A stretch of DNA of 64,000 bases from Ranitomeya imitator. Taxonomy: Eukaryota. This document shows positions 12,954 to 24,437 of the stretch, piece by piece; position 1 is the stretch's first letter; each line of letters opens with the position of its first letter. The stretch lies in contig NC_091282.1 of the NCBI RefSeq assembly GCF_032444005.1, positions 519,250,001-519,314,000 of the forward strand. The letters are read 5' to 3'. Under the pieces are notes generated by a model, which worked only from the letters and a program-made list of their open reading frames with translations, had not been told where the DNA came from and searched no databases. The position numbers and the translations under genes were made by a program.

Positions 12954-13570
12954 AGGGAACCTGTCACCCCAAAAATCGCGGGTGAGGTAAGCCCACCGGC
13001 ATCAGGGGCTTATCTACAGCATTCTGTAATGCTTACCTGAAAAAGGAGAAAAAGACGTTATATTATACTCACCCAGGGGCGGCCCCGCTGCTGGTCAGGT
13101 CGAATGGGCGTCTCCGGTCCGCTGCGGCGCCTCCCATCTTCTTTCCATGACGTCCTCTTCTGATCTTCAGCCACGGCTCCGGCGCAGGCATACTTTGCTC
13201 TGCCCTGTTGAGGGCAGAGGATAGTACTGCAGTGCGCAGGCGCCGGAAAGGTCAGAGGCCCGGCGCCTGCGCACTGCAGTACTTTGTCTGCCCTCAACAG
13301 GGCAGAGCAAAGTACACCTGCGCCGGAGCCGTGGCTGAAGATCAGAAGAGGACGTCATGGAAAGAAGATGGGAGGCGCCGCAGCGGACCGGAGACGCCCA
13401 TCCGACCTGACCAGCAGCGTGACCGCCCCTGGGTAAGTATAATCTAACGTCTTTTTCTCCTCTTTCAGGTAACATCGGGGGCTTATCTACAGCATTACAG
13501 AATGCTGCAGATAAGCCCCTGATGCCGGTGGGCTTACCTCACCCGCGATTTTCGGGGTGACAGGTGCCCT
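12954..13570. mobile_element. T2/Kolobok-type palindromic MITE
   Basis: AGGGAACCTGTCACCCC ... GGGGTGACAGGTGCCCT|TTAA. The whole element is a near-perfect palindrome centred near 13255. Confidence 0.85.
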
Positions 13571-13857
13571 TTAATCATGATCCTGAGGCTATCCATATTC
13601 AATTTCCCTTGCGAGCAAAGATGTAGCAGAGTGAATTAGCGCTGCCTGTGTTTGCAGTGGCTCCATTACCTCCTTGCATAACGTGGTCAGGAGTGTGGCA
13701 GAGGGATATCACTTTGTTGTTCCTTGAACTTCTAACAGTGCAGTCATGGGGTGCTATAAATGGCCTCCAAATCTGCCAGAGATCAAAATCTAATGGACTG
13801 TGGTCTGTCAGTATAAGGCCACAGTATTTGGGGAGTTTTTTCCCTCAGTATTTGTTA

Positions 13858-14365
13858 GGCCATGTTCACACCATCCTTTTTTTCATGCGGAATCGCCGCG
13901 ATTTTCCCGCTGCGGGTCCGCAGCTGTTTTCCATGCAGGGTACATTACAATGTACCCTATGGAAAACAGGAACTGCTGTGCCCACATTGCGGAAAATCGC
14001 GAAAAAAGCCGCGCTGAATAGCCGCGGTAAAAAAGAAGTACCATGTCACTTCTTTTTGCGAAACTGCAGCGGTTCTGCACCCATAGACCTCCATTGTGAG
14101 GTCAAACCCGCAGTAAAACCCGCAGATGAAAAAAATATCTGCGGGTTTTCTGCGGTTTGTGGTGCAGAACCGCTGCAGTGTGGCTGCCCCCCTGTGCCCC
14201 AATCCCACCCCCCCGTGCTCCGACGCCCCCCCCCCCCCCGTGCCCTCATCTCCCCCCCTTATACTTACCCGGCCTCCCGGTGTCCGTCCGGCCGTCTTCT
14301 CCCTGGGCGCCGCCATCTTGCAAAATGGCGGGCGCATGCGCAGTGCGCCCGCCGAATCTGCCGGC
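13858..14365. mobile_element. Truncated Harbinger-type MITE
   Basis: TTA|GGCCATGTTCACAC left end with CCGCG/GCGG repeats. No right TIR was found. Confidence 0.6.
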
Positions 14366-14517
14366 AATATTTGCATGTGTTGAGGCTGTCGAAAAAGCCA
14401 CGAGACATGCAACTGCAGGGACTCCAACGTAGTATTAGAGCCCGCCGAATATACTCTATTGGCACTCGAGCATGCTTAGATAACACCGTATCCGAGCATG
14501 CTCGCTTATCACTACTA
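14366..14517. mobile_element. Right half of a hAT-type MITE (TAGTGATGAGCG family)
   Basis: Ends GCATGCTCGCTTATCACTA and is homologous to 27637-28306 and 40249-40516. Confidence 0.65.
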
Positions 14518-14630
14518 ATGACTTATAGAGACCACACTATGATGAGAATTTGGAGGAGCTCCCAATCTTGCATAGGTGCCCTCTCTGGGTAAAGTACTGA
14601 TTGCATTACATTACATGGATAGTTCTTTAA

Positions 14631-14784
14631 GGCCTCTTTCACACGTCAGTATTTTGTTAGTGTTTGTAGGCCAAAACCTGGAGTGGCTCTTAGAGAAAAA
14701 TTATAATTGAAAGATTGACTCCTGTTCTGTGTTTTGGGGCCACTCCTGGTTTTGGCCTACAACTACAGAAGTGTGAATAAAGCC
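14631..14784. mobile_element. Short Harbinger MITE with the same terminus as the autonomous element
   Basis: TAA|GGCCTCTTTCACAC ... GTGTGAATAAAGCC|TAG. Confidence 0.65.
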
Positions 14785-15892
14785 TAGCATAGATTGTTGC
14801 TCTTCCACCCTTGGCCTGTCAGGAATTATTGCACAATTATTGATAATGACAAGCCCTTGCATTTTTCAGGGAGCAGCGCTTTCTTTTCTGATTTGACATG
14901 TTGAATCTTGACAGACATCTGACACACTTAATCCATAAGGTTTGTGAAATGTGCCATGGAATGCTGCCATTCCTCGCGCTGTGGGTGCGGACAGCGGGCT
15001 CCTGGTCTTATCGGGCAGCTCGAACATTTCCGTGTGGTATAACCACTACATTGCGCTGGCAGCTGACACAGGCAGGTATTTCTGTCAGCTGGTCAGGGAC
15101 TGGGGTGTGAGTTATGGAGTAGACTAATGCTCTTGGCGTGTGTGGAACAGTTAGCTGTCAAAGCTGGGAGTCATAATTCTTCCTCCAGTTGGCCGGATCA
15201 CCAGCCCTCCTTTCGGGAAGGCTCATGTACACTGAAATGTTGGCACCTCTGCGCTGGAAGACTAGTGGTTCTGGAGAATGTCCAGCTGATCTAAGGAGAC
15301 GGGAACCTGCAAAAATCCCCAGCCCCATACAAAGAGCATGTGTATTTTTGGTCATTTATTTAGTAATTTACCTGTGCACCTGTTATTCAGACTCGCATAT
15401 GCTCTCTATAGTCTTTATTTCATGCTAGAATATTGCTTGGAAACATACTGTTACCTGGACTTAAAGGCATTCACCCCCTTGGCAGTTTTTGTGTTTTGCT
15501 GTCTCACAATGTCAATTTTGATGACTTTGTCCCTGACTTGTTTGGAGATCTCCTTGGTCTTCATGGCGTTTGGTTAGTGTTCTTTCACACTTCAGTTGTG
15601 TGGCGTCAGTTAGGTCCGACATCGTGGCGGATCGACGGATCCGTCAAATTTGGTGGAAAAACGGTTCTAACGGATCCGTTTTTTTGACGGATCAGCTGCC
15701 CCGATCCGTTTTAAAAACGGATCCGTTAGAACCGTTGCGACCGTTTTTACATCCGTTGTAACCGTTTTTTGACGGATCCGTTTTTTAAAAGAGGAGGATT
15801 TCAATGTGATTGGCTACTGGATACTACTGCAAAACTATATATAGCGTGTATTTACACCACATCTTTGAAAGGTTGTAGAGAAAGTGGCAGAA

Positions 15893-17234
15893 ATGGAAGG
15901 AGTCCTGGCGAACATTGCAAAGATCTATGCGGATTTTACTTTTGAGGCAAATCAGTTGGCAGTCAGCGTTCGAGAGAGGGAGGAACAAAGACTGCGCATC
16001 CTACGGCAGCGGCGGAAGAGAAGGCTGTGGATCCATCCCATCACAGCACAACGTATGACCCGTGGTGTTTATTCCACGCTTTACATGGAACTAAGGGAAA
16101 ACCCTCAAAAGTTCTTCAATTATGTGAGGATGAGAGCTGAAAATTTCGAGTTTTTATTAGGCTATGTGGAAGACTGTATACGTAGACGAGACACCCAGAT
16201 GCGATTCTCAATATCACCAGCAGAGCGTCTCATGGTGACTATTCGGTAAGTAATTTTTTTTTTTTAAATGATTCTCATTCATCAGACTTATAACTGTAAT
16301 GTTGTTTTTTGAATTTTTTTATTAATTATTGTCTTTTCGTTTTGTTAACAGATTCCTTGCAACTGGAGAGTCGTTCTCATCCCTCCATTTTCAGTATCGA
16401 CTTGGGATATCCACCATCTCGGGGATCATCAGAGATACCTGCCGGGCATTGTGGGAGTGCCTACAAGTGGAATACATCCCAGAGCCATCACAGGAGAGGT
16501 GGCTGGAGATCGCCCAAAATTTTCATCAAATTTGCCAGTTTCCAAATTGTGTTGGAGCAGTTGATGGAAAGCACATACGGATCGTCAAACCTTCAGGCTC
16601 TGGATCACAGTTTTATAACTATAAGAAGTACTTCTCTATTGTGTTGATGGCCATAGCCGATGCACAATGCAAGTTCATCGCTGTTGATATCGGTGCGTAT
16701 GGACGCGCAAATGATTCACAAATCTTTAAAAATTCACCAATGGGGCGCCGTTTATATGGAGAGACATTTGATTTTCCGCCCCCTAGACCTCTCCCTGGAA
16801 CCACTAGTCCACCATTACCATTTGTTTGTGTTGGAGATGATGCCTTCCAGCTTTCCCCACACTTGCTGAAACCCTTTGGAAGTAGTGGACTGACCCAGAG
16901 GAAAAAAATTTACAATTACCGCTTAACCAGAGCACGAAGAGTAGTGGAATGTGCTTTTGGCATCTTAACTGCCAAATGGAGAGTCCTGCTAACTGCAATT
17001 AAACTGCAGACTGAAACTGTCGATGATGTGGTCAAAGCGTGCGTTGTCCTGCACAATTTTGTTTTATCAAAAGAACAAGTTTCCCTGGAGGATAATGTTT
17101 CTGAAAGCACCTTACGGGATTACCAAAACCCCACTTTTCGCAGTCCAGTAGCAGTCTCCAGAATGCGGGACAGTTTTGCAGACTACTTCATGTCTCCTGC
17201 AGGATCAGTTGACTGGCAGTATGAAATGGTGTAA
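15893..17234 (+). CDS. PIF/Harbinger (HARBI1-like, DDE_Tnp_4) transposase, 411 aa, 2 exons
   Basis: Exon 1 is 15893-16245 (donor GTAAGT) and exon 2 is 16352-17234 (acceptor TTAACAG). The splice gives ...VTIR|FLATGES.... Catalytic motifs GAVDGKHI, VGDDAF and RRVVECAFG are present, with no internal stops. Confidence 0.92.
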
Positions 17235-17406
17235 AAAAATTTTTCTTTTTACACTTGTAAAAATACCATTTTTTGTTTGCTTACAAAATCTTTGTACTTT
17301 AATGCAGCATTGTATGTTTTGCAACGGTACCCTTTAAACACTGTTATTGTTACTATTGCCATAACCTTGGTGATTTAAAAACTTTACAAAAAAAAAAGAG
17401 AAAGAC

Positions 17407-17445
17407 AATAAAATTGTTTTTAAACCAAAAAACTGTTTATTTATT
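17407..17445. terminator. Head-to-head poly(A) signals for the two Harbinger genes
   Basis: AATAAA on + at 17407-17412. AATAAA on - at 17441-17436 and 17445-17440, overlapping the MADF stop codon. Confidence 0.6.
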
Positions 17446-19449
17446 TACAGATTCTCATAGTTTGGGGTGGAGATAGTAGCGGAGGGGCTGACAGGGCGGA
17501 CCACGTCGAGAGTGGGGGACAGGACATCACGGGGAGGAACAGAAGTAGAATGGGTGGTGAAAACATGAGGTTGTGTAGAGAGTTGAGGTGCTGATGTGGT
17601 GTGTGGGAGGTATGAAGGTGTTGGTGGGATTGGGAACGGAGAAGTTAAAGGGGAAGAATGGAAGGGGGACGGTAAAAACTGGGAAAGACTAAGGGGGGAA
17701 GGAACAAATGACGAAGGAGTAGAATGGACGGGAGGAGGACGGACAGGAGGAGGACGGACGGGAGGATAGACGGTGGATTGAGAGGGGAAAGGTGTTGACA
17801 CATGAAGGGTAGGTGGAGGGGCATGGGACATCGCCTGCGCTAGAGCAGTGTGGCAGCCTTGCATCACATGCATCTGCAGGTCAGGAGTTAGATTTTCCAT
17901 GTGCCTGAGGACCGACTGAAAAAAACAGTGCCTTGGTGACTGATTTGCATCTGATTGCATCCTATCAAGACGACTGCTGAGTTCAAGTATGCTTTTGTTA
18001 AGCATATTGTACCCAGCAGACGTTTGCTCACTCAAAAGCTTGATGGCACTGTGAAAGGATGCATTCAGCTGCAAAAAGTCAGGCGCATAGCTCCTTTCCT
18101 GACCTCTCTGGCGCTGCCGTCCTGACCACAACGTTGGTCTAGATGTTGCGGCAGTGGCAGAGGGGTGGGGTAAAGGGAACTCTAACTCATCACCTGCAGC
18201 TTCAAGTGACGAAGTCCGCCCTGCTGCTCCAGCGCTGGTGGATGAGGCTGAGGGATCAAACGAAAGGGAAGGTGCAGAAACAGAGGGGTTGACGTGGTCC
18301 CCGGTGGCGGACTCTTGAGGGATCGCTCCAGAGGGGTGCAACTCTGATGCAGGCTCCCGAGTGCTGCAGAAAGTGCTGTTAAAGAAGAAAAAAAAAATTA
18401 GTATCTGGATATTACAATTGCCCTTGCTGCAAAAAAAATTGAAGGTTACACATTTTTACAGTTTGACTGAAAATATGTGGTGTTGAATATTTACCTTCTG
18501 CTCAGCAGCGTCGACCGGAGGAACGACAGGGCTCTGGCATGTTTGTATCTGCTCCTGCGTCCTCTAGATCCACTCGGGGCCTGCATCTCCTTATTAAACT
18601 CCCTCTTGAAGCGATCCCTGAGTGACCGCCACCGCACGATAATCCTGTTACCTGGAAAGAAAAAGCAAAAATTGGTTACTATACACCACATTAAATCATG
18701 CCTAACATAAGGTTATGAAGTGTGAATACTTACGCGCTAGATCCTGGGCCCCAGCATCGAGTTCCTCCCAGTTATCCATAACAGCACTGCACACTTCCTC
18801 CCATAGCCGTCGGGTGATTAACTGGTCAGCATGGCGGCGGTCCGACATGTTCCACAGCGGCTCCCGACTTTGTACTGCTTCGATGAGGGTGTTCACATCG
18901 ATGCCCTCCTCTTCATCATCTTGTTCGGGAGCACGCTGTGAAGCCTAACAAAAAGATAAGAATAAAAAGGGAAAGATTACAACACATGAATTTTACATTT
19001 TACTAAACACCAAACCAAAAAGGAACTTACTCTTCGGCGACCGCCGCGATTATCATTCCGACGACTATGGGAGGTGCTTTGAGGAACTCTACGTCGAGCC
19101 CCGGATTGTGAAGACTAATTTAAAAAAAAAAAATAAAATTAATAATGTTCTTTGATCGAGGCATATGTATTGTGTGCTGTGCTGAATGTTTGTGTTGGGT
19201 GTAGTGCATTGTATGTGAGGATCGGTCTGTTCAAAACTTACACTATGCGCTCCCGCTCCTTGTATTTCTCCACCCTGTCCGTCTCCTTCTGTTAGCCCCT
19301 CTGCTTCATATTCCTGTGAATACAGAATAAACACATAAAGGCTTAAAATACAATTGCCATTGTTGCACCAAAATAAAAAATTTATGAAGAAAAAAAATTA
19401 ACACCTCAGTTTGCTGATGATGTGCTGGGGGGCTCTCAGAAGAAGACAT
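17445..19449 (-). CDS. Harbinger MADF/Myb-SANT-like DNA-binding protein, 499 aa from ATG 19449, 6 coding exons
   Basis: Exons are 19449-19405, 19313-19242, 19114-19031, 18944-18734, 18651-18495 and 18375-17445. All introns are GT-AG and phase-compatible (0, 0, 0, 1, 2). The MADF-like core reads IDVNTLIEAVQSREPLWN...LWEEV...RWRSLRDRFKRE...YKHARALSFL, followed by a BESS-like FFQSVLRHMENL segment and a Pro/Ser-rich tail. The true start may lie further upstream. Confidence 0.82.
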
Positions 19450-20462
19450 TATGATCTTGCGTCTATCTTGGGTTGGTCGGTCCCTTGCTTGGGTCCTCTT
19501 GGTCCCTAGAATCTGTAAGCATAAAGGGAGTTCTAAGCTACTATACAAAAGGATAGATAGATAGATGCAGCTTTCAGGACTTTACACTTACATCTGTTTC
19601 CAAAACTTGGGGCTTGCCTATAGCTTGGGTCGGTCGGTCCCTTGCTTGGGTCCTCTTGGTCCCTAGAATCTGCAAGTATAAAGAGAGTTCTAAGCTACTA
19701 TACAAAAGGATAGATGCAGCTGTAGGGACTTTACACTTACAACTTTAAAAAAAAAATGGGGAGCCTGCTTGTGTACGTCTTGGCTCAGTACCTACTACAG
19801 TACCTACAGTGCCAACTTATTTTTGATTTCCCCCACCACAAAAGAAAAAAAAAATTCTACCGTCAAACTTGATGCACAAGCTGCCAAACCCTCTACCTCC
19901 TGTTTCCCCACAAAAAAACCCCCCAAAAATCCCTTTAAAACAACACCAAAACTACTTAGAACTTGATATGCGCAATGCGCATGCTGTTAAAACCCACCTA
20001 AACAAAGTTTAACCTTATAAAAAATGTTCCTCATTCGAAATTAAAATACCAATCCCCAAAATTGTTAATTATGATTACCCTACAGTTTGTATTTTCTAAA
20101 ACCAGATAACATATTCTATAGCAAAGATTTGCATTACACATTTGTATATATAACCTTTACTGCATGTTTACCCAATATTACATTTATCTTGAAATGAGAC
20201 TACTGACAGTTTTGTGAAATTTTTATTACTATATTTTTTTAAATTTTCTTTTTTTTAGGGTACAGTAGGAGCTACACTGCTCTTTATTTGAAATACAAGT
20301 ACATTATGGAAAACAACAAAGATGCAGAACACATCACACATCATTTATACACACACACAAAACAAATTTTACACCACAGCTATTCAAAATACCAGCATAG
20401 TATGAAAAACATATAAACAGGGCAGGCAGGCACACGCACGCACGCACGCACGCACACACAGC

Positions 20463-20828
20463 CACCTTCTGTCTGTCCCTCGGCACTCTGCTTCTCTGCC
20501 CTGTGTGAGCACAGCGGCCGGAAAGCAGAGTGGTGACGTCACCGCTGTGCTCTGCTTTACGGCTGGATGGCGCTCACAATGCAGAGAAGCACAGCACGGG
20601 GACAGACAGCGGAATTTACCTTTTTTTTTTTTTACTTTTGCACTGGTAACCAGGGTAAACATCGGGTTACTAAGCGCGGCTCTGCAGTTAGTAACCCGAT
20701 GTTTACTCTGGTTACCGGCATCGTTGGTCGCTGGAGAGCGGTCTGTGTGACAGCTCTCCAGCAACCAAACAGCGACGCTGCAGCGATCCGGATCGTTGTC
20801 GGTATCGCTGCAGCGTGTGACGGTACCT
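20463..20828. mobile_element. Partial family-B MITE (right portion) inside the Harbinger element
   Basis: Contains GGTGACGTCACC and one 70-bp GGTAACCAGGG... palindrome; ends GTGTGACGGTACCT|TTA. Confidence 0.75.
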
Positions 20829-21182
20829 TTAGTAAATACATCAAAAATCAACATTAACCAATATGGCATTGACAAATGCACATGCAACCAACAAGATGCA
20901 CACAAACATACCTGCAAGCAGAGTCATAACGCAAGCATAACACATGAACAGGCGTAATATTGACGAAGGCATAATAAGGTGCAGGCACATGAACACATAC
21001 ATACAAAAGCACACAGCAGTACAAAAATACACACACACACGGCCATCAGTCCTCCGGCCGGAGCTTGATGTCTTCACAGTGGCAGGCCTCGGGGTGGATC
21101 TGGACTGTAGCAGGGCACTGGCTGTTGCAGGACGACGGCAGGCCTCAGGTTGGATTCAGGTTTTAAAAGCTCTTGCTGTACT

Positions 21183-21315
21183 NNNNNNNNNNNNNNNNNN
21201 NNNNNNNNNNNNNNNNNNNNNNNNNNNNNNNNNNNNNNNNNNNNNNNNNNNNNNNNNNNNNNNNNNNNNNNNNNNNNNNNNNNNNNNNNNNNNNNNNNNN
21301 NNNNNNNNNNNNNNN
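21183..21315. other. Assembly gap (133 N)
   Basis: Run of N. Other gaps are at 26517-26693 and 47178-47314. Confidence 1.
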
Positions 21316-21570
21316 CACATGGCTGTCTCAGGCAGGGTCTGGCTGGCACGGCCTCTCTGGCTGGCTGGCAGGGCCTCTCTGGCTGGCAGGGCCTGGCTGG
21401 CAAGGTCTTGCTTGCAGGGTCTGGCAGTGTGTCTCTGGCTGGCAGGGCCTCTCTGGCTGGCAGGGCCTCTCTGGCTAGCTGGCAGGGCCTCTCTGGCTGG
21501 CTGGCAAGGTCTTGCTGGCAGGGTCTGGCTGGGTCTCTCTTGCATTGAAGGGTCTGTCTTGCTGGCTGGT
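21316..21570. repeat. Imperfect ~18-bp tandem repeat (CTGGCTGGCAGGGCCTCT)
   Basis: Repeated CTGGCTGGCAGGG(C/T)CT units running into the gap, inside the Harbinger element. Confidence 0.8.
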
Positions 21571-22049
21571 ACATTTGGGAATGACCTGTCCTCTTTATAT
21601 AGTTTTTGGGTTGTCTGGGCAAAGTATCCACTTTTTGGAGCATGCTCAATCAAAAAAAGCGGATTGAGGCGACGGATCCGCCAAAAAGCGGATCGCGACG
21701 GATCCGTCGCCCATAGGCGCCCATTCTAAAAAAAGGCGGACACGACGGATCCGCCGCGGTCCGCCTTTTCGGCCGCGCCAAAAAACGTTACAAAGTCCGT
21801 CAATGTCTAGACAACGTCCGCCAAATATCGACGGATCCGTCGCATGGCGGATGGAACGGACGGCCATCCGCCACAATCCGTCTCTAATGCAAGTCAATGG
21901 GAAAATAGCGGATCCGCCAAAAAAAAATGGCGGATCCGCCATTTCACGAAAATGGCGGTTTTTGACTGACGCCGAAAGACTGAAGTGTGAAAGAGGCCTT
22001 AGTGGTTCCTCTTGCCTAATGGTGTTACAGCCTCTGTGGCCTTTCAGGA

Positions 22050-22337
22050 AAAGGTAAAGTATATATACTGACAGACATGTGACACAGATAGCACACAGGT
22101 GGGCTTCCTGTCACTAAGCAGGTGACTTATGAAGGTAATTGCTTGCACCAGAAATTTCTAGGGGCTTCATCACAACAGGGGTGAATAAGTATGCACAAGT
22201 CAATTATTAGTTACTTGATTCCATAAATATGATTTATGCTTATATTTTCTCACTTTACCAATCGACTATTCAGTGCTGATGCTTCACTTTCAATGGGTAA
22301 AAATCCAAGGGGGTGAATACTGATGCAAGCAACTGTA
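22050..22337. mobile_element. Degenerate Tc1 terminal fragment
   Basis: Ends GGGGGTGAATACTGATGCAAGCAACTG|TA, a typical Tc1 TIR end. Confidence 0.55.
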
Positions 22338-24437
22338 TCTATACAAATGACTTGTTTGCCCGGCTGTCATTAGTATCCTATAGGATTGTGCAAAGCCATT
22401 ATAACGTGGGCCCTGTTCACATCTGCTGTGCAGCCTCCTCCTTCGCACATTGTCACTTGGTATGTGTGGACGTGATGGGCAGTATGTATTACATAGCGTA
22501 TGTGCAGTGTCCTCGCCAGTATGGCATTGACCTCTTTAAAATAGAAAGAATGGGACAAACTGACCATTGCACCAAGCCTATTTCTGCTCATGTCAAATAT
22601 GCCCGGCCTGAAAACACTCATTTTGAAGTCTTTAATATGTAATCTGACAATGGCATGCTGCAGGGACAGAGACCTTGATTCCTGGGATGAATCACTTAGT
22701 TCACTTGGGGCAGCAGTTGTGATAAAATCCGTTTTCTTTGCTGTAGATGTAGCAGAGCTGAGATATTGAACCCCGTATAACCCACATCCCTGATTATCAG
22801 CTTTATGTTCATATACAATGTACAGAGGTCTTGTTTGGACTAGTTGGAACGGGGCAGCTTGTCATGTAGTGATAATCTCCTGCTGATAAAATACTGATTG
22901 TATTGAAACAGCAAAACACAGCCCAGTAAGTGACACATTGCTGGAATCTGCTTAGAGAAAAACCTTCTTCGGATTCTCTTTGACCATTGTGGCTAGTTTA
23001 CATGAACAGAATTACACATGAGCCAAAGATTAATTACCGGTAGTCTAATTCTTTCGGATTACACCCGTCCCTACATTCAGTAGGTGGTCAGATAGCATCG
23101 TCCGGTATTTCTTGATGAAAGCCCAGCCGGCTTTAGGTCTGTTTCTTGTGTCCGAAACTAGTGGACCACAATTCTATTTTGGTAGCGCACTTTGCTAGGT
23201 TCATAGTGCTATTAAATGTGTGCCGCTGTGCACACAGCACAAGAATTTGTTTGTAGATAGTTTGTTGTTAATCTTTACATGCACGCACATAAAAATTTTT
23301 TATCCTCATAATATATTGCTGTCATCATATAGCACTGTGTACTTACTTGCTCATCTGGCTTCTCTAACCAGTAAATTCTTCTTTTTTTCCCCATTAGGTC
23401 TATGACATCACATGATTAAATACCAACTAGCTGAATCTTTCTAAGCTCTATGTAGAAGCAGGAGGTCAATTTTCTCTGTATGAGTTATGATTCCCTGCAA
23501 AAGTCCCTGGCAGGGAAAAGAGAAGAGCAGCTGGGTCAGATAGAAGATAAGGAGGGGATGATAAATGCAGGGACAAGAGACTTCCTGTTATCTTTCTAGA
23601 CAGGAGAAAAGAGAAGTATGACCTGGGTAGAAAGGCAGAATGAGCAGTAGTAAGTACACAGTGCTGTATAATATGATAACTGCTAGATATTAGAGGCAAA
23701 AAACTGAGTGCTTCTTTAATGAAATGTAACAAATAATTGCATTTCCTTATCCCAGTATCCACTGTAGGGCTAGTGCCTTGATTGTGAAGGTGCACAGCAC
23801 ACATCGCACCCCATATTTTTGTGCTCTGCGTTACTTGGTGGCCTATAATGGGGGAGGTTTTCATGCTGCACAACCACGTCGAGTTTACTAATGGCTTTCT
23901 CTGCTGGCTTTAGACCAGTGTTCTGTAGATAGAAGAGATACCATACACCATTACAGCCCATGATCTAGTCTGATAACGTTAATTCACGCTTGCACGCTTT
24001 TGAGCCTCACAGCAGCGCCAAACATTTCATTATCCAATTTACTATAGTCGTGTATTGCTGATTTAGAGAATAATTACATGGTAACACAGCAAACATATCA
24101 TTTTGACCTTGTGATTTCCGTGTCCCGTGCCTCGCTGCTCAGCTCAGGTTTTTTTTTATTGTACTGCTCGTCTGCTGCCATAAAATTTGCTGTTTATGGA
24201 CCTCTATAATTTAAATACCTAAAAAAGCACCCTCGCATACCCCAAAATTTACATGTAGCCATTGAGTGTTGGGTCCTGACTTCTATGGTAACCGAAGCCA
24301 TATACTGACATTTCTCAGGAAATCCTAATGATAACATGTGGTTCCTAAAACCAGTGCTGTCACTGATGGCAGATCAACACATTGCAAGGCTGGCCACTGC
24401 TCTGATTAGGGGGGGATGTGTGCTGTTCCCCTCTTAA

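Larger units (their letters stand above)
15577..21998 (+). mobile_element. Full-length PIF/Harbinger DNA transposon (about 6.4 kb, two genes)
   Basis: TTA TSD on both sides (15574-76 and 21999-22001). The right TIR, reverse-complemented, is GGCCTCTTTCACACTTCAGT; the left is GTGTTCTTTCACACTTCAGT. Subterminal arrays of CGGATCCG lie at both ends. It encodes a DDE transposase and a MADF/Myb-like protein in convergent orientation. Confidence 0.93.

Noticed and set aside
13648-14592. 314-aa ORF
   Set aside because: It runs across unrelated MITE fragments and has no coherent domain.
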